NCBI GenBank assembly: GCA_040285855.1
Contig: JAUFOQ010000010.1
Location: forward strand, 992,001-1,056,000
DNA from: Eukaryota sp. GEM-RC1
Taxonomy: Eukaryota
Length of the DNA: 64,000 nt
Direction of reading: 5' to 3'
A program made the translations under genes and the position numbers. This document shows positions 1 to 11,740 of the stretch, one piece after another (position 1 is the stretch's first letter; every line of letters begins with the position of its first letter). The notes under the pieces were generated by a model. That model was not told where the DNA came from and did no database searches. It saw only the letters and a list, made by a program, of their open reading frames with translations.

Positions 1-543
1 GCAATTGCTGAAGCTTTGAAGGTGAATTCTTCAGTTTCTACGATCAATCTACATAGCAACTCAATTGGTCCTGAAGGCGCTACTGCAATTGCTGAAGCTT
101 TGAAGGTGAATTCTTCAGTTTCTACGATTTATCTATCTAATAACTCAATTGGTCCTGAAGGCGCTATTGCAATTGCTGAAGCTTTGAAGGTGAATTCTTC
201 AGTTTCTACGATTTATCTATCTAATAACTCAATTGGTCCTGAAGGCGCTATTGCAATTGCTGAAGCTTTGAAGGTGAATTCTTCAGTTTCTACGATTTAT
301 CTATCTAATAACTCAATTGGTCCTGAAGGTGCTATTGCAATTGCTGAAGCTTTGAAGGTGAATTCTTCAGTTTCTACGATTTATCTACATAGCAACTCAA
401 TTGGTCCTGAAGGTGCTATTGCAATTGCTGAAGCTTTGAAGGTGAATTCTTCAGTTTCTACGATTTATCTATCTAATAACTCAATTAACAGTCAAACACA
501 ACAATCATTAAAATCACTGCACAAGAATAGAATTCGTTTCTAA
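1..543 (+). CDS. LRR cassette 1 (5'-partial, >=6 modules)
   Basis: 28-aa repeats xIxLxxNSIGPEGAIAIAEALKVNSSVS, cap NSQTQQSLKSLHKNRIRF*; expression unproven. Confidence 0.6.
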   Translation, partial: AIAEALKVNSSVSTINLHSNSIGPEGATAIAEALKVNSSVSTIYLSNNSIGPEGAIAIAEALKVNSSVSTIYLSNNSIGPEGAIAIAEALKVNSSVSTIYLSNNSIGPEGAIAIAEALKVNSSVSTIYLHSNSIGPEGAIAIAEALKVNSSVSTIYLSNNSINSQTQQSLKSLHKNRIRF

Positions 544-1093
544 AGATATTTTCCTCTGATATAAAGATCACCCCATTATAAGTTACACATGAACAAATAT
601 CAAAGCAGGTTAGCAGTTGATCTTACACAGATTGATTTTCAGTTTTACCCGGTAATTAAGATTCGTCATATCGAAAAGTTCATTTGCTATTGTTTTCAAC
701 AACACCACGTATTAATTGGTATCTGGAAATGATGTAAAATTATTCTTTTGTTTTGAAATATTTCGAATCACCGACACAATGTCTCGTTATTAACACGGTT
801 GTATTTTTTCTCAAAAAACAGCTTAATTGTCGTTGAGTTGAGTGAGGCTTTGATTATTCTCAGTGATTTATAAGATGTACAGTATCCTTTTGTATCTATT
901 CCATAGATATTTTAGTCATGGTAATTTATTAAATATTGGTCAAAATTAGGTTGTTCGTTAGATTCTGTTTTAGTGATCTGTGATTGAATTGGAAATCTGG
1001 TCACACAATTGTCTTAACATACAAAGTAGGTTTTTGTTTATCTTAAATTGAGTTTATTATCTAACATTATCTAAGCTTCTTTTTACTGGATAT

Positions 1094-1540
1094 GTGTTCT
1101 ATGAACCGGCTAGAATTTCCGATTTCTATCTACATTACAACTCAAGTGGTCCTGAAGGCGCTATTGCAATTGCTGAAGCTTTGAAGGTGAATTCTTCAGT
1201 TTCTACGATCAATCTACATAGCAACTCAATTGGTCCTGAAGGCGCTACTGCAATTGCTGAAGCTTTGAAGGTGAATTCTTCAGTTTCTACGATCAATCTA
1301 CATAGCAACTCAATTGGTCCTGAAGGCGCTATTGCAATTGCTGAAGCTTTGAAGGTGAATTCTTCAGTTTCTACGATTTATCTATCTAATAACTCAATTG
1401 GTCCTGAAGGTGCTATTGCAATTGCTGAAGCTTTGAAGGTGAATTCTTCAGTTTCTACGATTTATCTATCTAATAACTCAATTAACAGTCAAACACAACA
1501 ATCATTAAAATCACTGCACAAGAATAGAATTCGTTTCTAA
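1094..1540 (+). CDS. LRR cassette 2 (4 modules, no in-frame ATG)
   Basis: ORF track starts at GTG; in-frame TGA at 1049-1051 and no ATG in between. Confidence 0.6.
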   Translation: MFYEPARISDFYLHYNSSGPEGAIAIAEALKVNSSVSTINLHSNSIGPEGATAIAEALKVNSSVSTINLHSNSIGPEGAIAIAEALKVNSSVSTIYLSNNSIGPEGAIAIAEALKVNSSVSTIYLSNNSINSQTQQSLKSLHKNRIRF

Positions 1541-2090
1541 AGATATTTTCCTCTGATATAAAGATCACCCCATTATAAGTTACACATGAACAAATATCAA
1601 AGCAGGTTAGCAGTTGATCTTACACAGATTGATTTTCAGTTTTACCCGGTAATTAAGATTCGTCATATCGAAAAGTTCATTTGCTATTGTTTTCAACAAC
1701 ACCACGTATTAATTGGTATCTGGAAATGATGTAAAATTATTCTTTTGTTTTGAAATATTTCGAATCACCGACACAATGTCTCGTTATTAACACGGTTGTA
1801 TTTTTTCTCAAAAAACAGCTTAATTGTCGTTGAGTTGAGTGAGGCTTTGATTATTCTCAGTGATTTATAAGATGTACAGTATCCTTTTGTATCTATTCCA
1901 TAGATATTTTAGTCATGGTAATTTATTAAATATTGGTCAAAATTAGGTTGTTCGTTAGATTCTGTTTTAGTGATCTGTGATTTAATTGGAAATCTGGTCA
2001 CACAATTGTCTTAACATACAAAGTAGGTTTTTGTTTATCTTAAATTGAGTTTATTATCTAACATTATCTAAGCTTCTTTTTACTGGATAT

Positions 2091-2453
2091 GTGTTCTATG
2101 AACCGGCTAGAATTTCCGATTTCTATCTACATTACAACTCAAGTGGTCCTGAAGGCGCTACTGCAATTGCTGAAGCTTTGAAGGTGAATTCTTCAGTTTC
2201 TACGATTTATCTATCTAATAACTCAATTGGTCCTGAAGGTGCTATTGCAATTGCTGAAGCTTTGAAGGTGAATTCTTCAGTTTCTACGATCAATCTATAT
2301 TACAACTCAATTGGTCCTGAAGGTGCTATTGCAATTGCTGAAGCTTTGAAGGTGAATTCTTCAGTTTCTACGATTTATCTATCTAATAACTCAATTAACA
2401 GTCAAACACAACAATCATTAAAATCACTGCACAAGAATAGAATTCGTTTCTAA
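2091..2453 (+). CDS. LRR cassette 3 (3 modules)
   Basis: Same leader, module and cap structure. Confidence 0.6.
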   Translation: MFYEPARISDFYLHYNSSGPEGATAIAEALKVNSSVSTIYLSNNSIGPEGAIAIAEALKVNSSVSTINLYYNSIGPEGAIAIAEALKVNSSVSTIYLSNNSINSQTQQSLKSLHKNRIRF

Positions 2454-3003
2454 AGATATTTTCCTCTGATATAAAGATCACCCCATTATAAGTTACACAT
2501 GAACAAATATCAAAGCAGGTTAGCAGTTGATCTTACACAGATTGATTTTCAGTTTTACCCGGTAATTAAGATTCGTCATATCGAAAAGTTCATTTGCTAT
2601 TGTTTTCAACAACACCACGTATTAATTGGTATCTGGAAATGATGTAAAATCATTCTTTTGTTTTGAAATATTTCGAATCACCGACACAATGTCTCGTTAT
2701 TAACACGGTTGTATTTTTTCTCAAAAAACAGCTTAATTGTCGTTGAGTTGAGTGAGGCTTTGATTATTCTCAGTGATTTATAAGATGTACAGTATCCTTT
2801 TGTATCTATTCCATAGATATTTTAGTCATGGTAATTTATTAAATATTGGTCAAAATTAGGTTGTTCGTTAGATTCTGTTTTAGTGATCTGTGATTTAATT
2901 GGAAATCTGGTCACACAATTGTCTTAACATACAAAGTAGGTTTTTGTTTATCTTAAATTGAGTTTATTATCTAACATTATCTAAGCTTCTTTTTACTGGA
3001 TAT

Positions 3004-3618
3004 GTGTTCTATGAACCGGCTAGAATTTCCGATTTCTATCTACATTACAACTCAAGTGGTCCTGAAGGCGCTACTGCAATTGCTGAAGCTTTGAAGGTGA
3101 ATTCTTCAGTTTCTACGATCAATCTAGGTAACAACTCAATTGGTCCTGAAGGCGCTACTGCAATTGCTGAAGCTTTGAAGGTGAATTCTTCAGTTTCTAC
3201 GATCAATCTACATAGCAACTCAATTGGTCCTGAAGGTGCTATTGCAATTGCTGAAGCTTTGAAGGTGAATTCTTCAGTTTCTACGATTTATCTATATAAC
3301 AACTCAATTGGTCCTGAAGGTGCTATTGCAATTGCTGAAGCTTTGAAGGTGAATTCGTCTGTTTCTACGATTGGTCTAGGTAACAACTCAATTGGTCCTG
3401 AAGGTGCTATTGCAATTGCTGAAGCTTTGAAGGTGAATTCGTCTGTTTCTACGATTGGTCTAGGTAACAACTCAATTGGTCCTGAAGATGCTATTGCAAT
3501 TGCTGAAGCTTTGAAGGTGAATTCTTCAGTTTCTACGATTTATCTATCTAATAACTCAATTAACAGTCAAACACAACAATCATTAAAATCACTGCACAAG
3601 AATAGAATTCGTTTCTAA
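3004..3618 (+). CDS. LRR cassette 4 (6 modules)
   Basis: Same leader, module and cap structure. Confidence 0.6.
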   Translation: MFYEPARISDFYLHYNSSGPEGATAIAEALKVNSSVSTINLGNNSIGPEGATAIAEALKVNSSVSTINLHSNSIGPEGAIAIAEALKVNSSVSTIYLYNNSIGPEGAIAIAEALKVNSSVSTIGLGNNSIGPEGAIAIAEALKVNSSVSTIGLGNNSIGPEDAIAIAEALKVNSSVSTIYLSNNSINSQTQQSLKSLHKNRIRF

Positions 3619-4168
3619 AGATATTTTCCTCTGATATAAAGATCACCCCATTATAAGTTACACATGAACAAATATCAAAGCAGGTTAGCAGTTGATCTTA
3701 CACAGATTGATTTTCAGTTTTACCCGGTAATTAAGATTCGTCATATCGAAAAGTTCATTTGCTATTGTTTTCAACAACACCACGTATTAATTGGTATCTG
3801 GAAATGATGTAAAATTATTCTTTTGTTTTGAAATATTTCGAATCACCGACACAATGTCTCGTTATTAACACGGTTGTATTTTTTCTCAAAAAACAGCTTA
3901 ATTGTCGTTGAGTTGAGTGAGGCTTTGATTATTCTCAGTGATTTATAAGATGTACAGTATCCTTTTGTATCTATTCCATAGATATTTTAGTCATGGTAAT
4001 TTATTAAATATTGGTCAAAATTAGGTTGTTCGTTAGATTCTGTTTTAGTGATCTGTGATTTAATTGGAAATCTGGTCACACAATTGTCTTAACATACAAA
4101 GTAGGTTTTTGTTTATCTTAAATTGAGTTTATTATCTAACATTATCTAAGCTTCTTTTTACTGGATAT

Positions 4169-4867
4169 GTGTTCTATGAACCGGCTAGAATTTCCGATTT
4201 CTATCTACATTACAACTCAAGTGGTCCTGAAGGCGCTACTGCAATTGCTGAAGCTTTGAAGGTGAATTCTTCAGTTTCTACGATCAATCTAGGTAACAAC
4301 TCAATTGGTCCTGAAGGCGCTATTGCAATTGCTGAAGCTTTGAAGGTGAATTCTTTAGTTTCTACGATCAATCTATATATCAACTCAATTGGTCCTGAAG
4401 GCGCTATTGCAATTGCTGAAGCTTTGAAGGTGAATTCTTCAGTTTCTACGATTTATCTATATAACAACTCAATTGGTCCTGAAGGTGCTATTGCAATTGC
4501 TGAAGCTTTGAAGGTGAATTCGTCTGTTTCTACGATTGGTCTAGGTAACAACTCAATTGGTCCTGAAGGCGCTATTGCAATTGCTGAAGCTTTGAAGGTG
4601 AATTCTTCAGTTTCTACGATTTATCTATATAACAACTCAATTGGTCCTGAAGGTGCTATTGCAATTGCTGAAGCTTTGAAGGTGAATTCGTCTGTTTCTA
4701 CGATTGGTCTAGGTAACAACTCAATTGGTCCTGAAGGTGCTATTGCAATTGCTGAAGCTTTGAAGGTGAATTCTTCAGTTTCTACGATTTATCTATCTAA
4801 TAACTCAATTAACAGTCAAACACAACAATCATTAAAATCACTGCACAAGAATAGAATTCGTTTCTAA
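4169..4867 (+). CDS. LRR cassette 5 (7 modules)
   Basis: Same leader, module and cap structure. Confidence 0.6.
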   Translation: MFYEPARISDFYLHYNSSGPEGATAIAEALKVNSSVSTINLGNNSIGPEGAIAIAEALKVNSLVSTINLYINSIGPEGAIAIAEALKVNSSVSTIYLYNNSIGPEGAIAIAEALKVNSSVSTIGLGNNSIGPEGAIAIAEALKVNSSVSTIYLYNNSIGPEGAIAIAEALKVNSSVSTIGLGNNSIGPEGAIAIAEALKVNSSVSTIYLSNNSINSQTQQSLKSLHKNRIRF

Positions 4868-5417
4868 AGATATTTTCCTCTGATATAAAGATCACCCCAT
4901 TATAAGTTACACATGAACAAATATCAAAGCAGGTTAGCAGTTGATCTTACACAGATTGATTTTCAGTTTTACCCGGTAATTAAGATTCGTCATATCGAAA
5001 AGTTCATTTGCTATTGTTTTCAACAACACCACGTATTAATTGGTATCTGGAAATGATGTAAAATTATTCTTTTGTTTTGAAATATTTCGAATCACCGACA
5101 CAATGTCTCGTTATTAACACGGTTGTATTTTTTCTCAAAAAACAGCTTAATTGTCGTTGAGTTGAGTGAGGCTTTGATTATTCTCAGTGATTTATAAGAT
5201 GTACAGTATCCTTTTGTATCTATTCCATAGATATTTTAGTCATGGTAATTTATTAAATATTGGTCAAAATTAGGTTGTTCGTTAGATTCTGTTTTAGTGA
5301 TCTGTGATTTAATTGGAAATCTGGTCACACAATTGTCTTAACATACAAAGTAGGTTTTTGTTTATCTTAAATTGAGTTTATTATCTAACATTATCTAAGC
5401 TTCTTTTTACTGGATAT

Positions 5418-5780
5418 GTGTTCTATGAACCGGCTAGAATTTCCGATTTCTATCTACATTACAACTCAAGTGGTCCTGAAGGCGCTACTGCAATTGCTGA
5501 AGCTTTGAAGGTGAATTCTTCAGTTTCTACGATCAATCTAGGTAACAACTCAATTGGTCCTGAAGGCGCTATTGCAATTGCTGAAGCTTTGAAGGTGAAT
5601 TCTTCAGTTTCTACGATCAATCTACGTAACAACTCAATTGGTCCTGAAGGTGCTATTGCAATTGCTGAAGCTTTGAAGGTGAATTCTTCAGTTTCTACGA
5701 TTTATCTACATAGCAACTCAATTAACAGTCAAACACAACAGTCGTTAAAATCACTGCACAAGAATAGAATTAGTTTCTAA
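5418..5780 (+). CDS. LRR cassette 6 (3 modules)
   Basis: Same structure; cap ends RISF. Confidence 0.6.
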   Translation: MFYEPARISDFYLHYNSSGPEGATAIAEALKVNSSVSTINLGNNSIGPEGAIAIAEALKVNSSVSTINLRNNSIGPEGAIAIAEALKVNSSVSTIYLHSNSINSQTQQSLKSLHKNRISF

Positions 5781-6331
5781 AGATATTTTCCTCTGATATA
5801 AAGATCACCCCATGATAAGTCACACATGAACAAATATCAATGCGGTTTAGCAGTCGATCATACACAGATTGATTTTCAGTTTTACCCGGTAATTAAGACT
5901 CGTCATATCGAAAAGTTCATTTGCTATTGTTTTCAACAACACCACGTATTAATTGGTATCTGGAAATGATGTAACATTATACTATATGTTTCGAAATACT
6001 TCGAATCACCGACACATTGTCTCGTCATAAACACGGTTGTATTTTTTCTCAAAAAACAGCTTAATTGTCCTTGAGTTGAGTGATGCTTTGATTATTCTCA
6101 GTGATTAATAAGATGTACAGTATCCTTTTGTATCTATTCCATAGATATTTTAGTCATGGTAATTTATTAAATATTGGTCAAAATTAGGTTGTTCGTTAGT
6201 TTCTGTTTTAGTGATCTGTGATTTAATTGGAAATCTTGTCACACAATTGTCTTAACATACAAAGTAGGTTTTTGTTTATCTTAAATTGAGTTTATTATCT
6301 AACATTATCTAAGCTTCTGTTTACTGGATAT

Positions 6332-6694
6332 GTGTTCTATGAACCGGCTAGAATTTCCGATTTCTATCTACATTACAACTCAATTGGTAAAGAAGGCGCT
6401 ATTGCAATTGCTGAAGCTTTGAAGGTGAATTCGTCTGTTTCTACGATTTATCTACATATCAACTCAATTGGTAATGAAGGCGCTATTGCAATTGCTGAAG
6501 CTTTGAAGGTGAATTCTTCAGTTTCTACGATCAATCTACATAGCAACTCAATTGGTCCTGAAGGTGCTATTGCAATTGCCGAAGCTTTGAAGGTGAATTC
6601 TTCAGTTTCTACGATTTATCTACATAGCAACTCAATTAACAGTCAAACACAACAGTCGTTAAAATCACTGCACAAGAATAGAATTAGTTTCTAA
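6332..6694 (+). CDS. LRR cassette 7 (3 modules)
   Basis: Same structure; first cassette with the IGKEG leader type. Confidence 0.6.
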   Translation: MFYEPARISDFYLHYNSIGKEGAIAIAEALKVNSSVSTIYLHINSIGNEGAIAIAEALKVNSSVSTINLHSNSIGPEGAIAIAEALKVNSSVSTIYLHSNSINSQTQQSLKSLHKNRISF

Positions 6695-7245
6695 AGATAT
6701 TTTCCTCTGATATAAAGATCACCCCATGATAAGTCACACATGAACAAAAATCAATGCGGTTTAGCAGTCGATCATACACAGATTGATTTTCAGTTTTACC
6801 CGGTAATTAAGACTCGTCATATCGAAAAGTTCATTTGCTATTGTTTTCAACAACACCACGTATTAATTGGTATCTGAAAATGATGTAACATTATACTATA
6901 TGTTTCGAAATACTTCGAATCACCGACACACTGTCTCGTCATAAACACGGTTGTATTTTTTCTCAAAAAACAGCTTAATTGTCCTTGAGTTGAGTGATGC
7001 TTTGATTATTCTCAGTGATTTATAAGATGTACAGTATCCTTTTGTATCTATTCCATAGATATTTTCGTCATGGTAATTTATTAAATATTGGTCAAAATTA
7101 GGTTGTTCGTTAGTTTCTGTTTTAGTGATCTGTGATTTAATTGGAAATCTTGTCACACAATTGTCTTAACATACAAAGTAGGTTTTTGTTTATCTTAAAT
7201 TGAGTTTATTATCTAACATTATCTAAGCTTCTGTTTACTGGATAT

Positions 7246-7608
7246 GTGTTCTATGAACCGGCTAGAATTTCCGATTTCTATCTACATTACAACTCAATTG
7301 GTAAAGAAGGCACTATTGCAATTGCTGAAGCTTTGAAGGTGAATTCGTCTGTTTCTACGATTTATCTACATATCAACTCAATTGGTAATGAAGGCGCTAT
7401 TGCAATTGCTGAAGCTTTGAAGGTGAATTCTTCAGTTTCTCAGATCGATCTACATAGCAACTCAATTGGTCCTGAAGGTGCTATTGCAATTGCTGAAGCT
7501 TTGAAGGTGAATTCTTCAGTTTCTACGATTTATCTATCTAATTACTCAATTAACAGTCAAACACAACAGTCATTAAAATCACTGCATAAGAATAGACTTC
7601 GTTTCTAA
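7246..7608 (+). CDS. LRR cassette 8 (3 modules)
   Basis: Same structure; cap ends RLRF. Confidence 0.6.
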   Translation: MFYEPARISDFYLHYNSIGKEGTIAIAEALKVNSSVSTIYLHINSIGNEGAIAIAEALKVNSSVSQIDLHSNSIGPEGAIAIAEALKVNSSVSTIYLSNYSINSQTQQSLKSLHKNRLRF

Positions 7609-8159
7609 AGATATTTTCCTCTGATATAAAGATCACCCCATTATAAGTCACACATGAACAAATATCAAAGCAGGTTAGCAGTTGATCATACACAGATTGA
7701 TTTTCAGTTTTACCCGGTAATTAAGATTCGTCATATCGAAAAGTTCATTTGCTATTGTTTTCAACAACAACACGTATTAATTGGTATCTGGAAATGATGT
7801 AACATTATACTATATGTTTCGAAATATTTCGAATCACCGACACATTGTCTCGTCATAAACACGGTTGTATTTTTTCTCAAAAAACAGCTTAATTGTCCTT
7901 GAGTTGAGTGATGCTTTGATTATTCTCAGTGATTTATAAGATGTACAGTATCCTTTTGTATCTATTCCATAGATATTTTAGTCATGGTAATTTATTAAAT
8001 ATTGGTCAAAATTAGGTTGTTCGTTAGTTTCTGTTTTAGTGATCTGTGATTTAATTGGAAATCTTGTCACACAATTGTCTTAACATACAAAGCAGGTTTT
8101 TGTTTATCTTAAATTGAGTTTATTATCTAACATTATCTAAGCTTCTGTTTACTGGATAT

Positions 8160-8942
8160 GTGTTCTATGAACCGGCTAGAATTTCCGATTTCTATCTACA
8201 TTACAACTCAATTGGTAAAGAAGGCGCTATTGCAATTGCTGAAGCTTTGAAGGTGAATTCGTCTGTTTCTACGATTGGTCTAGGTAACAACTCAATTGGT
8301 CCTGAAGGCGCTACTGCAATTGCTGAAGCTTTGAAGGTGAATTCGTTTGTTTCTTCGATTTATCTATATAACAACTCAATTGGTCCTGAAGGCGCTATTG
8401 CAATTGCTGAAGCTTTAAAGGTGAATTCTTCAGTTTCTCAGATCGATCTACGTAACAACTCAATTGGTCCTGAAGGCGCTATTGCAATTGCTGAAGCTTT
8501 AAAGGTGAATTCTTCAGTTTCTCAGACCGATCTACGTAACAACTCAATTGGTAATGATGGCGCTATTGCAATTGCTGAAGCTTTGAAGGTGAATTCTTCA
8601 GTTTCTACGATTTATCTACATATCAACTCAATTGGTAATGAAGGCGCTATTGCAATTGCTGAAGCTTTGAAGGTGAATTCTTCAGTTTCTCAGATCGATC
8701 TACATAGCAACTCAATTGGTCCTGAAGGTGCTATTGCAATTGCTGAAGCTTTGAAGGTGAATTCTTCAGTTTCTACGATCAATCTATATTACAACTCAAT
8801 TGGTCCTGAAGGTGCTATTGCAATTGCTGAAGCTTTAAAGGTGAATTCTTCAGTTTCTACGATTTATCTATCTAATTACTCAATTAACAGTCAAACACAA
8901 CAGTCATTAAAATCACTGCATAAGAATAGACTTCGTTTCTAA
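8160..8942 (+). CDS. LRR cassette 9 (8 modules)
   Basis: Translation identical to cassette 13. Confidence 0.6.
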   Translation: MFYEPARISDFYLHYNSIGKEGAIAIAEALKVNSSVSTIGLGNNSIGPEGATAIAEALKVNSFVSSIYLYNNSIGPEGAIAIAEALKVNSSVSQIDLRNNSIGPEGAIAIAEALKVNSSVSQTDLRNNSIGNDGAIAIAEALKVNSSVSTIYLHINSIGNEGAIAIAEALKVNSSVSQIDLHSNSIGPEGAIAIAEALKVNSSVSTINLYYNSIGPEGAIAIAEALKVNSSVSTIYLSNYSINSQTQQSLKSLHKNRLRF

Positions 8943-9493
8943 AGATATTTTCCTCTGATATAAAGATCACCCCATTATAAGTCACACATGAACAAATATC
9001 AAAGCAGGTTAGCAGTTGATCATACACAGATTGATTTTCAGTTTTACCCGGTAATTAAGATTCGTCATATCGAAAAGTTCATTTGCTATTGTTTTCAACA
9101 ACACCACGTATTAATTGGTATCTGGGAATGATGTAACATTATTCTTTTCGTTTTGAAATATTTCGAATCACCGACACAATGTCTCGTTATTAACACGGTT
9201 GTTTTTTCTCTCAAAAAACAGCTTAATTGTCGTTGAGTTGAGTGATGCTTTGATTATTCTCAGTGATTTATAAGATGTACAGTATCCTTTTGTATGTGTT
9301 CCAAAGATATTTTAGTCATGGTAATTTATTAAATATTGGTCAAAATTAGGTTGTTCGTTAGTTTCTGTTTTAGTGATCTGTGATTTAATTGGAAATCTTG
9401 TCACACAATTGTCTTAACATACAAAGTAGGTTTTTGTTTATCTTAAATTGAGTTTATTATCTAACATTATCTAAGCTTCTGTTTACTGGAGAT

Positions 9494-9856
9494 GTGTTCT
9501 ATGAACCGGCTAGAATTTCCGATTTCTATCTACATTACAACTCAATTGGTAAAGAAGGCGCTATTGCAATTGCTGAAGCTTTGAAGGTGAATTCGTCTGT
9601 TTCTACGATTGGTCTAGGTAACAACTCAATTGGTCCTGAAGGCGCTACTGCAATTGCTGAAGCTTTGAAGGTGAATTCTTCAGTTTCTACGATCAATCTA
9701 CATAGCAACTCAATTGGTCCTGAAGGTGCTATTGCAATTGCTGAAGCTTTGAAGGTGAATTCTTCAGTTTCTACGATTTATCTACATAACAACTCAATTA
9801 ACAGTCAAACACAACAGTCATTAAAATCACTGCATAAGAATAGACTTCGTTTCTAA
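9494..9856 (+). CDS. LRR cassette 10 (3 modules)
   Basis: Same structure; leader SNP GGAGAT. Confidence 0.6.
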   Translation: MFYEPARISDFYLHYNSIGKEGAIAIAEALKVNSSVSTIGLGNNSIGPEGATAIAEALKVNSSVSTINLHSNSIGPEGAIAIAEALKVNSSVSTIYLHNNSINSQTQQSLKSLHKNRLRF

Positions 9857-10407
9857 AGATATTTTCCTCTGATATAAAGATCACCCCATTATAAGTCACA
9901 CATGAACAAATATCAATGCGGTTTAGCAGTTGTTCATACACAGATTGATTTTCAGTTTTACCCGGTAATTAAGACTCGTCATATCGAAAAGTTCATTTGC
10001 TATTGTTTTCAACAACACCACGTATTAATTGGTATCTGGAAATGATGTAACATTATACTATATGTTTCGAAATATTTCGAATCACCGACACATTGTCTCG
10101 TCATAAACACGGTTGTATTTTTTCTCAAAAAACAGCTTAATTGTCCTTGAGTTGAGTGATGCTTTGATTATTCTCAGTGATTTATAAGATGTACAGTATC
10201 CTTTTGTATCTATTCCATAGATATTTTAGTCATGGTAATTTCTTAAATATTGGTCAAAATTAGGTTGTTCGTTAGTTTCTGTTTTAGTGATCTGTGATTT
10301 AATTGGAAATCTTGTCACACAATTGTCTTAACATACAAAGCAGGTTTTTGTTTATCTTAAATTGAGTTTATTATCTAACATTATCTAAGCTTCTGTTTAC
10401 TGGATAT

Positions 10408-11189
10408 GTGTTCTATGAACCGGCTAGAATTTCCGATTTCTATCTACATTACAATAAATTGGTAAAGAAGGCGCTATTGCAATTGCTGAAGCTTTGAAGG
10501 TGAATTCGTCTGTTTCTACGATTGGTCTAGGTAACAACTCAATTGGTCCTGAAGGCGCTACTGCAATTGCTGAAGCTTTGAAGGTGAATTCGTTTGTTTC
10601 TTCGATTTATCTATATAACAACTCAATTGGTCCTGAAGGCGCTATTGCAATTGCTGAAGCTTTAAAGGTGAATTCTTCAGTTTCTCAGATCGATCTACGT
10701 AACAACTCAATTGGTCCTGAAGGCGCTATTGCAATTGCTGAAGCTTTAAAGGTGAATTCTTCAGTTTCTCAGATCGATCTACGTAACAACTCAATTGGTA
10801 ATGATGGCGCTATTGCAATTGCTGAAGCTTTGAAGGTGAATTCTTCAGTTTCTACGATTTATCTACATATCAACTCAATTGGTAATGAAGGCGCTATTGC
10901 AATTGCTGAAGCTTTGAAGGTGAATTCTTCAGTTTCTCAGATCGATCTACATAGCAACTCAATTGGTCCTGAAGGTGCTATTGCAATTGCTGAAGCTTTG
11001 AAGGTGAATTCTTCAGTTTCTACGATCAATCTATATTACAACTCAATTGGTCCTGAAGGTGCTATTGCAATTGCTGAAGCTTTAAAGGTGAATTCTTCAG
11101 TTTCTACGATTTATCTATCTAATTACTCAATTAACAGTCAAACACAACAGTCATTAAAATCACTGCATAAGAATAGACTTCGTTTCTAA
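10408..11189 (+). pseudogene. LRR cassette 11 (8 modules; 1-nt lesion in the first partial module)
   Basis: ACAATAAATT at 10451-10460 replaces ACAACTCAATT, putting the leader out of frame; the rest is nearly identical to cassette 9. Confidence 0.6.
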
Positions 11190-11740
11190 AGATATTTTCC
11201 TCTGACATAAAGATCACCCCATTATAAGTCACACATGAACAAATATCAAAGCAGGTTAGCAGTTGATCATACACAGATTGATTTTCAGTTTTACCCGGTA
11301 ATTAAGATTCGTCATATCGAAAAGTTCATTTGCTATTGTTTTCAACAACACCACGTATTAATTGGTATCTGGAAATGAGGTAACATTATTCTTTTTGTTT
11401 TGAAATATTTCGAATCACCGACACAATGTCTCGTTATTAACACGGTTGTTTTTTCTCTCAAAAAACAGCTTAATTGTCGTTGAGTTGAGTGATGCTTTGA
11501 TTATTCTCAGTGATTTATAAGATGTACAGTATCCTTTTGTATGTGTTCCAAAGATATTTTAGTCATGGTAATTTATTAAATATTGGTCAAAATTAGGTTG
11601 TTCGTTAGATTCTGTTTTAGTGATCTGTGATTTAATTGGAAATCTTGTCACACAATTGTCTTAACAGACAAAGTAGGTTTTTGTTTATCTTAAATTGAGT
11701 TTATTATCTAACATTATCTAAGCTTCTCTTTACTGGATAT

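Noticed and set aside
1094..1096. GTG/TTG 'Met' starts in the ORF track
   Set aside because: Context is eukaryotic; these come from bacterial-style start calling, and cassette 12 has GGG at that position.
3288..3470. Antisense ORFs over LRRs (also 32433-32981, 34142-34471, 34556-34774)
   Set aside because: Shadow frames of repetitive coding sequence.
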